This document shows positions 24,837 to 37,614 of a stretch of 64,000 nt of DNA, in pieces. The notes beneath the pieces were generated by a model, which saw nothing but the letters and a program-made list of their open reading frames with translations, was not told where the DNA came from and searched no databases. The stretch's first letter is position 1, and every line of letters starts with the position of its first letter. The DNA is from Ginglymostoma cirratum (taxonomy: Eukaryota). Location of the stretch: contig JAHRHZ010000013.1 of assembly GCA_024137785.1 (NCBI GenBank), forward strand, positions 14,054,535-14,118,534, read 5' to 3'. A program made the position numbers and the translations under genes.

Positions 24837-27800
24837 CTTTCATTTCACCTCTTGAGTCCAACCTTTTTTCCATGTTCGGACCAGTGCTGTATTGACAAGC
24901 TAAGTAGCCCTTGTAGAACCTAAGTTGAGCGTCAGTGAGCAGGTTATTACCGTATAAGTGCTGCTTGTTAGTACTGTTAATAATCCTTTCCAGCATTGTG
25001 CTGATGATTGAGAGTAAACTGATGTGGTCATAATTGGCCAGAGTGGATTTGTCCTGCCTTTTGTCGATAGAGGACAAGTAGACAATTTTCTACATTGCCA
25101 GGTAGATGCCAGTGTTGGAACATCTTGGCTAGGAGTACAGCTAGTTCTGGATCAAAAGTCTTTAGAACCACAGCTGGGATAGTTTCAGGAGTCCATCGCC
25201 TTTGCTGTATCCAATGCCTCCTGCCAATCCTTGATATCGTGTGGCGGAAATAAAATTTGCTGAGGATTTGCATCTGCGCTGCTAGGGACGTCTAGAGGAC
25301 ACCTGATGATATACTATTCCCTTACTACCTCTGAGGGGTCTGTATTACCTGTGACACAGAACAGTCCGAGATGATGATGGAAGAGTCAGCAATGTTGGCT
25401 ATAAGATGTGATTGGGTGAGTTTGGCTGCATCAGATAATCGGTAAGACGGTTGTCCCAGTTGCATCAAGGGTCCTCAGCTAATAGGTACAGCAGGCGTGT
25501 CAATGTGCCTTTGTTGTGTCTGTTGCCTAGGTGGTCTATCAGATTTTAATTAAATTTGACTTTTCATCATCATTTGATGCAACTGAGTGGCTTGCTGGTT
25601 CTTTTTAGAGGACAGTTAAGAACCAAAATGAAGTTCGGCATTGACCAAATGATTTTCCCAGAAGCTGCTTTTCCAATCTCAGTTTAGCCAAAGCTGACAA
25701 GCCACTTATATTGTGACAATCACCAAATTGTTGTCATGATAGTCATGGACTATATGTAGTTACATCAACTCTTAAAACTTCTCAGTTCAACCACAACCTT
25801 CAGATGATTGGAGGAAAGTTGCTTCTAATAATTTTGATGTAGATTTGGATTATTAGAAAGACAGAAGCTGTTTTGACAACATGAAACATTATGAGTGCTA
25901 GAATTTAGAGTCTCCCATCAGCATCTTTTAAGTATCCCAATTTTTACATGCTCTAAGCAATTGTTGTTTTTAGAGATACTTTTTGCATTATGATAAAACA
26001 GCTTTATAAATGTTTATGCAAAGAATTACAAACTTGGCATACATACATGCCTGATGTGTCATGAGGCGTTCCCATGTGCCAACATTTTTTTCCTGAGTTG
26101 GAAGATCTGCTGTCATCTCCTAAATAAATTTACACTAAGTATTTTACAAAAGCTTACAAAGCTGCTATTTAGACAGTTTTAAAATCCAGTCTAGACAACT
26201 CAACAAAAAGAATATTGTCCTCCTCTCCCACACAAGTTTTTTCTTTCTTTATTCATTGCCCTCATATTCAGTTGTAGCAACTTGTCTTCTGTCAGTCAGA
26301 AGTCTGCTGAATGGGTAATAGAGGCACCATCCTAAAATCATCAGAGGTGCCATAGAAATGCAAACATTTATTTTATTGTGATTTGTGGTGTGATTACTTC
26401 TCATATTAATGTTTATCCTGCTATGAAGAAAGGAACAAAGAGTTGTAGTGCAATCTGGTCAGTTGTCAGAGGTATATGTGAATATGTGTTATTATTAGAG
26501 TTTCAATTATAACCTTCTGAGCATTGCACTGACATGATCTGAGTAAAATTAACAATAAATGCTCTTGGGATTTGAATGTATGAGATGCCATAGCTTGACT
26601 GCAGTTGCATATTTGCCACAGGTTCAATATTTTCTCCTTCCAAGCTCCTGCATTCTCTTGCGGTGAGACTTCGGTGAGGAGTCTTATGGTTGACTGAGAT
26701 GTGAGTCGGGTGGGACTGGTCTATCTGCAGTTGGTATTTCAACTGCTCTGATTTCAGGTCACATGGAATATTGGGGTAGATTTTCAATTCATCAGTCGGG
26801 TACATAACGGGCATTACAATTGACCATAATGGAAACCAGCTGAGTTTCACTTCCATTGAAATGATTACAAATTAAATTAGGTAGCTTCTATAATAGGCTG
26901 TGGTGGAAGTGATCAGAAATACCAGATTGATATCAGACAGCAAGTCGAAAATTCACCACCCTCTCCGGTTTCTTTAAATACTGAAACACATGATACTCTA
27001 TAATAATAATGTGCAATCAGCGGAGGAGATAGTTGAGGTTCTATGTCATCTCATTCCAGTTCTAAGTTCAGTGGCTGTGTCATTGTCTAATTATATGTAT
27101 CCTTTCTTTACGTACAGTACACTGCCAGCACATGGTGGCTAAAAGGATTCTTCTTTGTTCCAATTCCTCACCTATAAAAGATGTTTTCCCATGTCAGACA
27201 TGTGAAGAGGATTAGACGGTGGGGGCTGGTTTGGAGGGAAGAGGCAACATTAGAAATGCAAATAAGATTTTTATCTCCTTGTAGCTATAATGACAGTGAC
27301 TCCAGATATCACCTCTCCTTATATTTAAGTCTATGTTTAACAATAACAATAACAATCCTGTCTTTCCTTTGTTCTCATCGCTAATTCCCTTTCTTCAGCC
27401 TTAATCTGGGATTCGACTTAAAGGCTTCACAGATCAATGACGTTGCTGTAGTTGTAATTGTCAAAAATATTGCTTGGCAGATCTAAATTGAAAAACTGAA
27501 TTGGTTTTAATGAACATTTGTATGTAGCTATATAGTAACGCTGCTAAAATGTTGTTTCTGCTTAGAAGTTTGCAAAAGATTTGCAAAAGGTACAACTCCT
27601 GCTTATGAAAACATTGAATAAAGTACGGTGACAGAATTATCAGACATATTCTAGAAAAATAGTTTTCTTGTGCAAGCACTTGATATTCAGCCAGTGACCC
27701 CCAGAGGCTGTCTGCAGCAATACCCATAGTAATCATTGCAACTCATTTGATGACACATGCAGCACATATACCAAGTTTAAATCATACGGATAGAGGTTTG

Positions 27801-28949
27801 CTCAGTTACGCATTTCAGCAGAAAGAACAGAAGTGAGCAAACTATAGATAGACTTTGTAACTCCTTAGATGGTACACTGTGTCTGTATGAATTAACATGG
27901 TGAATGGTAAAACTCATTCATGTCCTGAACTAAGCAATTGTAAATAATGTATTTAAAAAGACCTCGGGTTGAATACCCAGGTCCCAGTTATTGCTGCCTG
28001 GTATCAGTTTACCCTAAGTAAGAAAAAGAAAATGCTGGAAATATATAGTAGATGCATGAACATCTGGAAAAAACAGATTGACTGATAGATTTTTAATAGA
28101 TTCTATGGTATCTATCCAAATATTCAACTATCTTTTTTACTTTCAGGCATTGATAGAAAACTGGTGCATTTCCAGCATTCTGTTTTCATTTCAGATTTCC
28201 AGTTTATTTTATTTTAGCCATAAAAGGTCAGATTGTGGTTTTGACACTCCTTTTCCTGATAGAATAACACAGTGAAACAGTACAATGAAAGGATTATTTG
28301 GGCACAAGTCCATTGCAAAACGCCACACAATCTTTGAATACTGTTTCTAATCACTAACCAGAATTCTAATGAGTATTTAAGAGGTGGAATTTCTGCCTCA
28401 AACCAAGTTTGGACATTTCTGCCTAGTTGCTGAAGCAAAATTTGTCAGTGGGACAGTTAGTTGAATGCCCTGGATTTTCCAATGTCAGATCATTTGTATA
28501 ATTATTCATATCTGTTTTGACCTTGTGCATGGAACTGCTTAATGCAGGACGCAAGACACCTATCCTGCTGATCAAATTTAAAAGGATGTGGATACTTAAG
28601 ATTAATGGCTGTGTAGGAGAGCAATTATTGGTTCAATTTTACAAAATACCAAAAACTATTTAATTATGTGTAACCTGTTCCAAAGTTTGATGTGGAGGAA
28701 GAAAAAAGTTTAAGGCAAAATAGAGAAAGAAATCTATTATGGAGTTATCAAGCAGAAGCTGTGGGCAAGTAACACAGCCATAGTGTGTCACTTAATACTT
28801 TGTGAGGACTGGCAAGATGGATGTGTAGTTACACAAAGTGAACATGAAGAAGATTGCTTTGTTTCCTATGCCCGTACACACTTTTCAAGGCAATAGCAAT
28901 GTAGCATGCCTAGAAGGTGACAGCCTACTCCAGATTGTGGACCAGACTG

Positions 28950-30400
28950 GCATAATTTAGGGCTCCAACCTTTGGGTTCAGGGCCATGATTGAGACCTGC
29001 ATTGCCAATTTTGATATAAAATTGATGCACCCACCTCACTGCTCTAACTGTAACACGGCCAAGCACTGAACTGCTCTCTGTAGCAATGCTGATTTCCTCT
29101 GTGCACCACAAGGACTTTCTGGTGAAAACACAGACTTCCTACAAGAGTGGAAATGCCCAGAATGTTCCATACAGCCTTGGAATTGGCAGTTGTGCAGGAA
29201 GACGTCTAATGATCTTACACTGTTGCTCAGGGAGAGTAAATCTATCTGCACTCCACATCTCACATCCACCACACCAACCAACTCTCATATGCTCTGTGCA
29301 CAATCTCATACCCAGAAGCACATGCTGAAACAGAAGAATTTAAAGAATCGTCCCTAATTGCATCCAATCTACATACATTATCCTATCATGCCAATTACAT
29401 ACTCCCCTACACACCTCTGCAAAACTACAGCTATTCAGCTAGGTCAGTTGGCATACTGACACATGACAGGGTGAAACCCCGCAAGACTGGTGAAAGGACC
29501 AGCATGCCTGTATCTCCTCCATACCCTTGAGGAGATGGTCCACCGATCCATTGGCATCACAGCCACAGGCACCCAGATAAGTCATCAGCCAAAAGTGGGC
29601 TGCAGCCAAGCCAGAGAAATAGGGTAGGTCATGTGCACGCTCCTGTAGGCTATGATCACAGGCAAGGGATTTAGATAAGGGCTGCTTTGGGATGGGCAAG
29701 AGATGAAAGTTGGTTAATATACACCCTCTGAGATGCTTAGTGCATTGGCAGGCCAATCACTGGCTAGGAGCATGGAAAATCCAGAACCATCATGACTAAG
29801 GGCATAGTACTGAGTGTAGAACTGAACGTTTCCATCTTGGAAGTGATGGGCATCTCCAAGGCCATACTAATGGACTGACCCATGTGGTTGCTGCTCTCCG
29901 CTTCCAGTAGAACACAGACAAGGCTCTCCTGACCTATCGGTGCTGCAGTGGGAGCTCAGGCTGATGCCATGAGATCCCTGGTAGCTGGGACATGTGTTTA
30001 GACCACTGCTACCCAGCCACACACAGATGCCATTGTGGATGTAGATATGAGTGGCCTAAAGAGCCACACAGGCTCTAAAAGCAGCTTAGCAGAGATTGGT
30101 AACATGACCCTTCTGTTCCCTCTCAGGATCAGATCCAGATCACTCACGCTCCCATCATTATGATTCTGTCATTGCATGTGTAGTTGCTGGTAAGCTAGCC
30201 CTGCCGCAGACTGTTGTCAGTCATGAAAATGGCTCCAATCTGAAACTGGGCTCCCAAACCCCAGACGTTCTCCAGGTTACCATCAGTGTCACCATCAGCG
30301 AGAGCCAGCAGCCTTTCATCAGCTATGCTGCAACATTTGGAGTAGAACAGAGTAGGAGTACTAGACTAGGTAAGGAAATTTGTGAAGTAGGTGCTAAAAG
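28950..30400 (+). mobile_element. Harbinger-related Myb/SANT-like ORF relic
   Basis: WQLCRKTSNDL near 29184-29216 resembles the QCRKKFNDL motif of Harbinger accessory proteins; GC-richer block. Confidence 0.4.
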
Positions 30401-30415
30401 TATGATTAGTTCAGG

Positions 30416-30605
30416 AATAACAAAGAATGGAGCTGGAGGAACACAGCAGGCCAGGCAATATCAGAGGAATAGGAAAGCTGATGTTTAGGGTCGGGACTCT
30501 TCTTCAGAAAACCTCTGGTGCCGCCTGGCCACACAGCCTGCTGTGTTCCTCCAGCTCCACACTTTGTTATCTCTGACTCCAGCATCTGCAGTTCTTGCTA
30601 TCTCA
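30416..30605. mobile_element. Foldback Penelope-like mini-element with 14-bp TSD
   Basis: Inverted arms; TSD atgattagttcagg at 30402-30415 and 30606-30619. Confidence 0.85.
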
Positions 30606-30829
30606 ATGATTAGTTCAGGGTTTGTTTTGTATTATTAATGTGCTGATTGATAACGTTGTTGCGTGAAGTGTTTTGCCTTTATTGAGTGATGTTGACCAAG
30701 GAAATTTCATGATAAGTAGTCTGAAATGAATATACTATGAGAGAAAAGTGAACCCAACTTAGGGCTGGGCAAGTTACTATTAACTAAAGCAGTGTCACCA
30801 AGTAACATTCTCATCCCTTCCGTAGTGGA

Positions 30830-31680
30830 TGCGCTGTTGGTAAAAAAAAATGCCAATGTAACAATTGCATTTGTAAAAGGGAAGGATACAAAAAACAGGT
30901 GACTATAAGCTACTTAGTTTAATACTTGCTATGAGAAAAATGTTAGTCTATTATAAAAGATATAACAGCAAAGCATTTAGAAATAATAATAAAATAATTT
31001 AGAAATTATAATATAATCAAGCTGAGTCAGCATGAATTCACATAGGGAAACCATAGCTGACAAATTTATTAGAATTCTCTGAGCAGGTAATAAGTAGGAC
31101 AGATAAAGAGGGAGCAGCAGATGTAATACATTTGGATTTCAAAGCACTTTTGACAAGGTACCACACATTGGGCTATTTAATAAGATAAAAGCTTATGGTG
31201 TTGGAGGTAGTCCATTTACATGGATGGAGTATTGGCTAACTTATAGAAGAGGGTGGTGAATTTTTGGGATAGCAACCTGTAACTAGTGGAGCTTCACAGT
31301 GGCTGGGGCACAATTATTTACAACATATATTCATGACTTGGATGAGGAAAGTGAACAGTTGTAAAAAAAATCTATTTCAAGTACAGCCAAGTTTGCCGAC
31401 GACAGGAAAATAAGTGGGAAGACAAGTGGCGAGGAGAAGTGGCGACAAAGAGACTGCAGAGGGATGAAGACAGGTTAAGTGTGTGGGCAAAATCTTAGCA
31501 GATGGAATATAATGTCGGAAAAGGTGATGTTATGCATTTTGGCAGGACGAATATAGGAGCTGAGTATTATTTAAATAGGGAAGTACTGCAGATAGCCACA
31601 GAACAGAGGAATTTGGAAGCCTTCAAATACATCACAAAAAGCTAACATCCAAGTTCAACAGGTAATAGGGAATGCAAATT
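30830..31680 (+). mobile_element. CR1 LINE reverse transcriptase relic
   Basis: DYKLLSLI, SQHEF, LTNLLEF, DVIHLDF, FDKVPH, YIHDLD and KFADD motifs in order. Fused at ~31680-31900 to an antisense fragment of the other LINE family. Confidence 0.9.
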
Positions 31681-31953
31681 GAACACCCTGAGATACTGCT
31701 GCGGAGACATCCTGGGAGTTGAAGCGACTGACATCCAATGACTACAACCACCTTTGTTAGTGCCAGGTATTACTCCAACAAGAGAAAGATTTCTCTCTGA
31801 TATCAATTGACTCCAAACTTGCTCAAGCTCCTTGATGCCATAGTCATTCAAATACAGATTTGATGTCAAGTGCAGTCACTCTCACCTCACCTCGGATTGT
31901 CCTCACAGTTCAATGACATACCAAGAATTCCTGAAAGTAAAGTGCAACTTCAT

Positions 31954-32066
31954 TAAGAAGAGTCCCGACTTGAAACATGAACTTTCCTGCTCCTCTGATG
32001 CTGCCTAGCCTACAGCTCCACACTGTGTTATCTCTGACTCCAGCATCTGCAGTTCTTATTATCTCT
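31954..32066 (+). mobile_element. Penelope-like terminal repeat fragment
   Basis: aagaaGAGTcccgACTtGAAAcat, then the family tail ending atctct. Confidence 0.75.
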
Positions 32067-32574
32067 GAGCAAGGTGCTGATGGCCTGGCTTTATGTATTG
32101 AACTATATCTCTGCAGAAGTCAATCCCTTTGAATGAAGAGACAAAATGTTTAGAAGCCCTATAATAATTTAGTTCAGGAATTCTTCTCAGACCTCCAGAG
32201 AAAAGTGGCAGACTGCGTAGGAAAAAGGTACCAAGTCTTTTGAACGGTTGTGAAAAAATTCTATTTCAAGTACTGTTTTAGTCACAATATTAATGAAGAA
32301 CAAAGTTGATTATTTTAATAGATTTGTTTGAAGAGGCATTAAAGGGACGTACATTGGTTAGTCCTCAAAAAAGGGTTGTGAGGTCATGATGTGTGATTCA
32401 GTCACATCTGTTGAATAAATTGTGTGACACATGATAATCTTGAGTTTGACTGCTCATTACCATGCATTTTCATTCCCACAGCCCTCCAGACACTGTTTAA
32501 TGACTGCACGCTTCAGTAGGGGCCCCAACTGTTTTATAAAAAGGCATATTGTGGCTGCAGCAATTTCTGAGAAT

Positions 32575-33085
32575 CATTCTAGTTGGTGTCAAGTTTCTTG
32601 AGTTCTGTTGGAGCTACACTTATACATGCAACAGGAGAGTATATCATCACACTCTGACTTGTGCCTTGTAAGATGGTAGACAGGCTTTGAGGAGTCAAGA
32701 GGTCAGTTACTCAGAATTCGTAGCCTCTGTCCTGCTCTTGTGGGCATAGTATTTATATGGCTGATCCAGTTCAGTTTCTGGCCAACAGTAACCACCAGGA
32801 TGTTGATAGTGGATGATTCACTGATGGTAATGTTATTAATTGTCCACGGATGATGGTTGGATTTTACTTTAGCCAGAGATTGTCATTTCCTGGCATTTGT
32901 GTGGCACGAGTGTTACTTGCTACTTATCAGTCCAAACCTTAATGTTTTCCAGGTCTTGTTACGTTTGAACATGGACTGTTACAGTATCTGAGGAATCATG
33001 AATGGTGCTTGGCATTGTCCAATATCCGTGCTCCTGACACTATGATGGGAAGAATGTCCTTGGTGAAGGAGCTGAGATGGTCATT
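32575..33085 (-). mobile_element. Fragment of the tRNA-headed LINE family (RT C-terminal region)
   Basis: Collinear with 23660-24190 (agtttcttgagttctgttggagctacac, ttctggccaacagtaacc...). Confidence 0.7.
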
Positions 33086-34136
33086 ACCTGACATTGTGGT
33101 GTAAATGTTTTCAAATAACCTTTTTAGTGGTACAGATTAGTACCAATTTTCCAGAGAGGAAAATTGCAGTTCTGCTTTTCTTTTTATCATGATGCAATGC
33201 ATCTTTCAAATACTGAGACATTTAATCCTGCCAGTTTCTTCTATAACAAACATAGCAACAGTAGGCAGACATTGTAATTCATTCTCCATGAACCACATTA
33301 GGGCATTTCTGAACCAGCAAGTAAACGCAGCCTCTTTCTTTTTGCAGTTCCCTTTCTTTCCATTGATTTCAATTTATTGTGTTCTCTGGTCCTACTTTCA
33401 GTTCCAATAGTCATTCTTTCTCTGCAGAGGTGCCCAGTCTGGAATTCGAAACAGGGCTGAGATTTCTCAAATGTGAGCTTGAAGACTCCCCTCTCCAATT
33501 AGTGGATACTGCACATTGACACTTCAATGCATTACCCCGGTGTGAAACTCTATTGAGTCAGAACCAGAATATTTCTCCAAACCTTAGAGTAACCTTAGAG
33601 GTTAATTTCTTGTTGTCTATTTCTTTTTGCGTAGCCGGTATTTGCATGTGAAAAACAATGTGTCAGTTTGTGATGTTGCTATGGAGTTCTTTTCTCATTT
33701 GTTTTTCCAACTCCACCCAATAAGTTGTGGCACACAGTACAGACGGTGCTGTGGGAATGAGTGGGTGCTTTCAGCTGAAGCTCCACCAGCTGCAGTAGGC
33801 TTTCTTGTAATTTGTTGTTTCAAGAAAGTGATGAATATCTGCTAATCAATTCATTAACATCCCTCAACAGCCCCGCCCCTCACTCCCATCATGCAGATGA
33901 CCTGTTGCCTTTGTATTGCAAAACATCTTACACATTGTTCAACAAACAAAACAATTTCAACAACTCTGTGACTAGCTCAGATTTAATAGAATAAGGTTTC
34001 CCCCTCCTGGATAATGCTCTGACTTTCATGTGGTTTGTGTATAGGGGAGAGGGCAATGCGATTGTGATGGGGTAGGCAGGATGTGCAGAGGAGTAGCTGG
34101 ATGCAAATACAGCAATGTGCCTGAATAACGATTGTA

Positions 34137-35020
34137 CGGCTGGATTTCATGGAACTAGGGGGTGACCGACCGACCGACCGACCTACCTACCTACCTACCT
34201 ACCAGAAGGAAAATTGGTCCCTAGTTCCACCCCTCAGTCGTGAGGTCCTGCCTTTGAAATCTGTTTTTTTAAATTTCAAAAAACATGCTTTATTCATGAA
34301 AGTATCTTTAAATACATATGCAGTTACTAAACCAGTTTTGTTCTGTACAGGAGCATATGAAAAAACAAATAAACATTGGAGATAACAAGGTGTAGAGCTG
34401 GATGAACACAGCAGGCCAAGCAGCATCAGAGGAGCAGGAAGGCTTTTCAGAGATAGTAGGAATATTGACTCTTTGAAAGCTGCTAGTCAATCTGATTGGT
34501 GGGCAGCTCTTGTATTCCCTATGGTGTCAGGACTCACTGGCAAGCACTACTGGGGAAGCTAAGCCCATTGGAGGTCATGGTGAGCATAGACAATAAAGTC
34601 TTGGGATTTTAGAGCACAGAGGGACTGGAGTGCCTTGAGAGAGTCAGAGGGCAGTGGGGGACCCGATCTTGAAGGCCAAGTAGGGACAAAAGTTGTAACA
34701 TCTTGAGGAAAGAGTGTCCTCAATGCACATTGGGCAGCCCCTCAAACATGTGCCTTTGCATTCTGGCCCACCAACTACTGCCCACTTTGTCATGGCCGTG
34801 GAATTAGGTTGAAGCTCTTAATTGCCAATTAATTGTACGGTTAAGGGCCTCATTAGGCCTAAGAGTCAGCAGCTTGATGGGTGACTTAACCACACCCCGT
34901 ATAATATGGAGAACAATTGGGAAGGAACTGGACTGGGCACCTAATATATTTTACATGCTACCTACCCATACCAAAGACAGACCTTGTGTTTGTACAGGTG
35001 TGGGGCATAAATTTCAGTGC
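34137..35020. mobile_element. Candidate Harbinger-type MITE containing a nested Penelope fragment (34379-34460, minus)
   Basis: Degenerate inverted ends ggctggatttcatg / cataaatttcagtgcc. Confidence 0.4.
34163..34203. repeat. Compound (GACC)n(TACC)n microsatellite
   Basis: Seen directly. Confidence 0.9.
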
Positions 35021-35279
35021 CGGGGCGGGTCTGAAGGAAGCTGAAGAAAAGCCAGAAAATTAAAGGAGAAAGATGCTCAAACTGTGTCTTTCAATTTGAC
35101 ACAATACTTCATCCTGGATCCATCGTCTAAGTCTACTCATGTGTACTCTAACATTAATCAGTATTACCTCCCTAGTTTGAAGGTAGTCTCTTGACTTGCA
35201 ATCTCTGCTTTTGAGGGACAACTTGCATTAGGGGGTTGAAGTCAGAGGTAACATTTACCGTTATGTAGAAAAACATTTT

Positions 35280-35315
35280 GTGTGTGTGTGTGTGTGAGTG
35301 TGTGAGTGAGTGAGT
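35280..35315. repeat. (GT)n/(GTGA)n microsatellite
   Basis: Seen directly. Confidence 0.9.
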
Positions 35316-37234
35316 GGTCTTCATGAGGGTTAATAACCATTTCTTAGAATCAACCCATGGCATTATTCAGCTGTTGGGCAGCTGGTAGCTGTAGTCTGTT
35401 ATTCAAGCTTTCTGATTTTTATAGCGGCAGTATTTTTGACAAGAAATATAACATGCCTGTGTATGACTCATTGTTTGGAGATAAATATATACGTGTTGTA
35501 TTTAAGTGGGCTTGTAATTCAACTCTTTGATCTCATAAATGCCACGGATGGCAAGTCCCAAGGTTGCCAGCTGTGGATATTGATTTTTTAAAAATTAAAT
35601 ACAACAAAGATAATGACGCTGGTAGTAAGTCAAAAATGAAACGTACAGCAGTAATGAATGAAATATGGGGTAGAGTAAATAAACTTTTATTAAGAACCTT
35701 AGGACATCCAATCCAATGTAATTAAAGGGAAAGCTGTCCTGAATGTTGAATGGAAATTTATTAAATCTAAAGTGAATCTCAACATTAAGATCCCATAAAA
35801 ATCAGTTTCAAAAAATTATGATAAACATTAATTTCTTCTTTTGTTCAGTTCAGATGTCAATTTTCATTTTTTTTAAAGCTGTGAGTGCTGTTGACATCGT
35901 CTTGGTACTGCTTGGAAAGTATTAGTAAGCCTTACTAAAGAAGCTGAACAGGCATCAGCAAAGCAACAGTCATAACACCAGGAATGATTCAGTATTATCC
36001 ATATATGTTCATTTAATTCCAACACCCTGACAGAAACAGTTAACCCTTCGAAAATCAGCATCTATGTTAGTATCATGTGCACTTTTTAACAAATAAAACT
36101 ATTCTTGAAACCAGTTGTAAATTGACAAAAAAAGTTTGTTGTTACTAGATTTTGAATCGGTGCAACTTTAATATTTTTAGAATCACGTTTTATTTTCTGT
36201 CAGCAGTTAGGGTGGAGCAAGGAAATAGAGGTGAGACGAGTTGGGCCCACTCCCTGATACATAAATACTGACTGAGAAGATTTCACAGTGGGGCCTATCA
36301 GGGCGCTGCCTGCTTAGTGGAGGTACACAGTCAAGAGAAATAATTTACATGTTAAATGGGGGCAATTTCTTGTGTTTGATTGCATTCTTGGCATCAGAAA
36401 AGGGGCCCACTGCCACTGGCAGCAGTTGGCAGCTTTATGGAGGCAGCATTGCTGCAGCACCCAGGGGACATTTAGAGTTTGATGCTCCTTTCTCCTAAAA
36501 TATTGCTCAGGGGCTTTCCCCTCCAATTGGAGAATCCTGCAGCCCTCTCCCCTCTTTAATTATTACTTTGAAGTCTCCAATTTGCTCACCTTTGCATTCT
36601 CTGAGCTGCCTCAGCAATGTCTCCTTGTCTTTGAAGGCAGACTCTGAGATTACCCCTGTGTCAGGTTCACTCCTGGAACTGCTCAGGATTTGGTTCCAAT
36701 GTCAGGACTTCGAAGGCATCTAGAAAGTTTAGTCCCTTATGTCTTTGGGAGCTAGTATCTGCGACTAAGTTATTTTTCATGATTAGGTCCCGATTAAAGG
36801 AAATCTTCTCCAATATGTCAACACTAAAATTATCCAGTGTGGCCATTAGGATACCTCCAACATCTTCAGTAAAGTAAAGAAAAAGACCATTTGGTTCTTC
36901 ATGGTTGCTCTATTACCCTGAAAGAACTATCCAGTTAATCCCAATTACCAGCACTGCAAAATTTTCCTTTCCTGTCTGTTAATTCTCTTTTGAAAGCAAA
37001 CTATTGAATACATTTCCAGCATCCTTTCAAACGGTGACTTTCAGATCATTACAGTCTGAAGTGATTGAGAAACACATCAAAATTTATCGTGTACTTAAAA
37101 TATTAGAAAGTTCAGTTTTGCGTAAAACAAAAGATGCAAATAAGTAACAGCGATTTTCAAAGGTGCGCACTTCGGATGTAGGTGTTGTTGCCCATTGTTG
37201 TCCCAAGTCTGATACATTGCAGCAACTTACTGGA

Positions 37235-37495
37235 AACATTAGAGGGCAGTTAAGAGTCCGCCATGCTGATGTGAGACTGGAGTCACATAAAGATTGACCA
37301 ACAGAGTTTCTTTCCCCAAAGGAACGTCTAGGTTTTCGTAACCATCTGACAGCTCATAGCCACTTCTATTTGCTTACCAGTTTTTATATTTATATGTTTT
37401 GTTTTGCATTGAATTTAAATTCTCAAACTGCTGTGCTTTGTTTTTAAACCAGGTCCATATTAGTAGCCCAGTAATATAAACCCGACACTAACACA
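37235..37495 (-). mobile_element. Degenerate SINE of the 51271 family
   Basis: agagggcagttaagagtc...ctggagtcacat...attgaatttaaattc, collinear with 51345-51540. Confidence 0.6.
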
Positions 37496-37614
37496 CTCTC
37501 ATCACAACCCTTCGTGTTCAATATTTCTTGGAGGACTTAAGTGCTGAAGAACTGCAGGAAAATTGATTTTTAAAGAAAAATATTTTTGATATATCAGGAA
37601 AGGCTTATTTAAAA

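Larger units (their letters stand above)
21910..25625 (-). mobile_element. Decayed copy of the tRNA-headed CR1-group LINE, interrupted by several nested insertions
   Basis: 3' tail at 21910-21945 and 22226-22380. RT motifs ANYDHISLLSIISTMLE..LLTDAQLRF (24900-25040) and IPAVVLKT..PELAVLLAKMFQ. End of the head region at 25570-25622. Confidence 0.7.
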
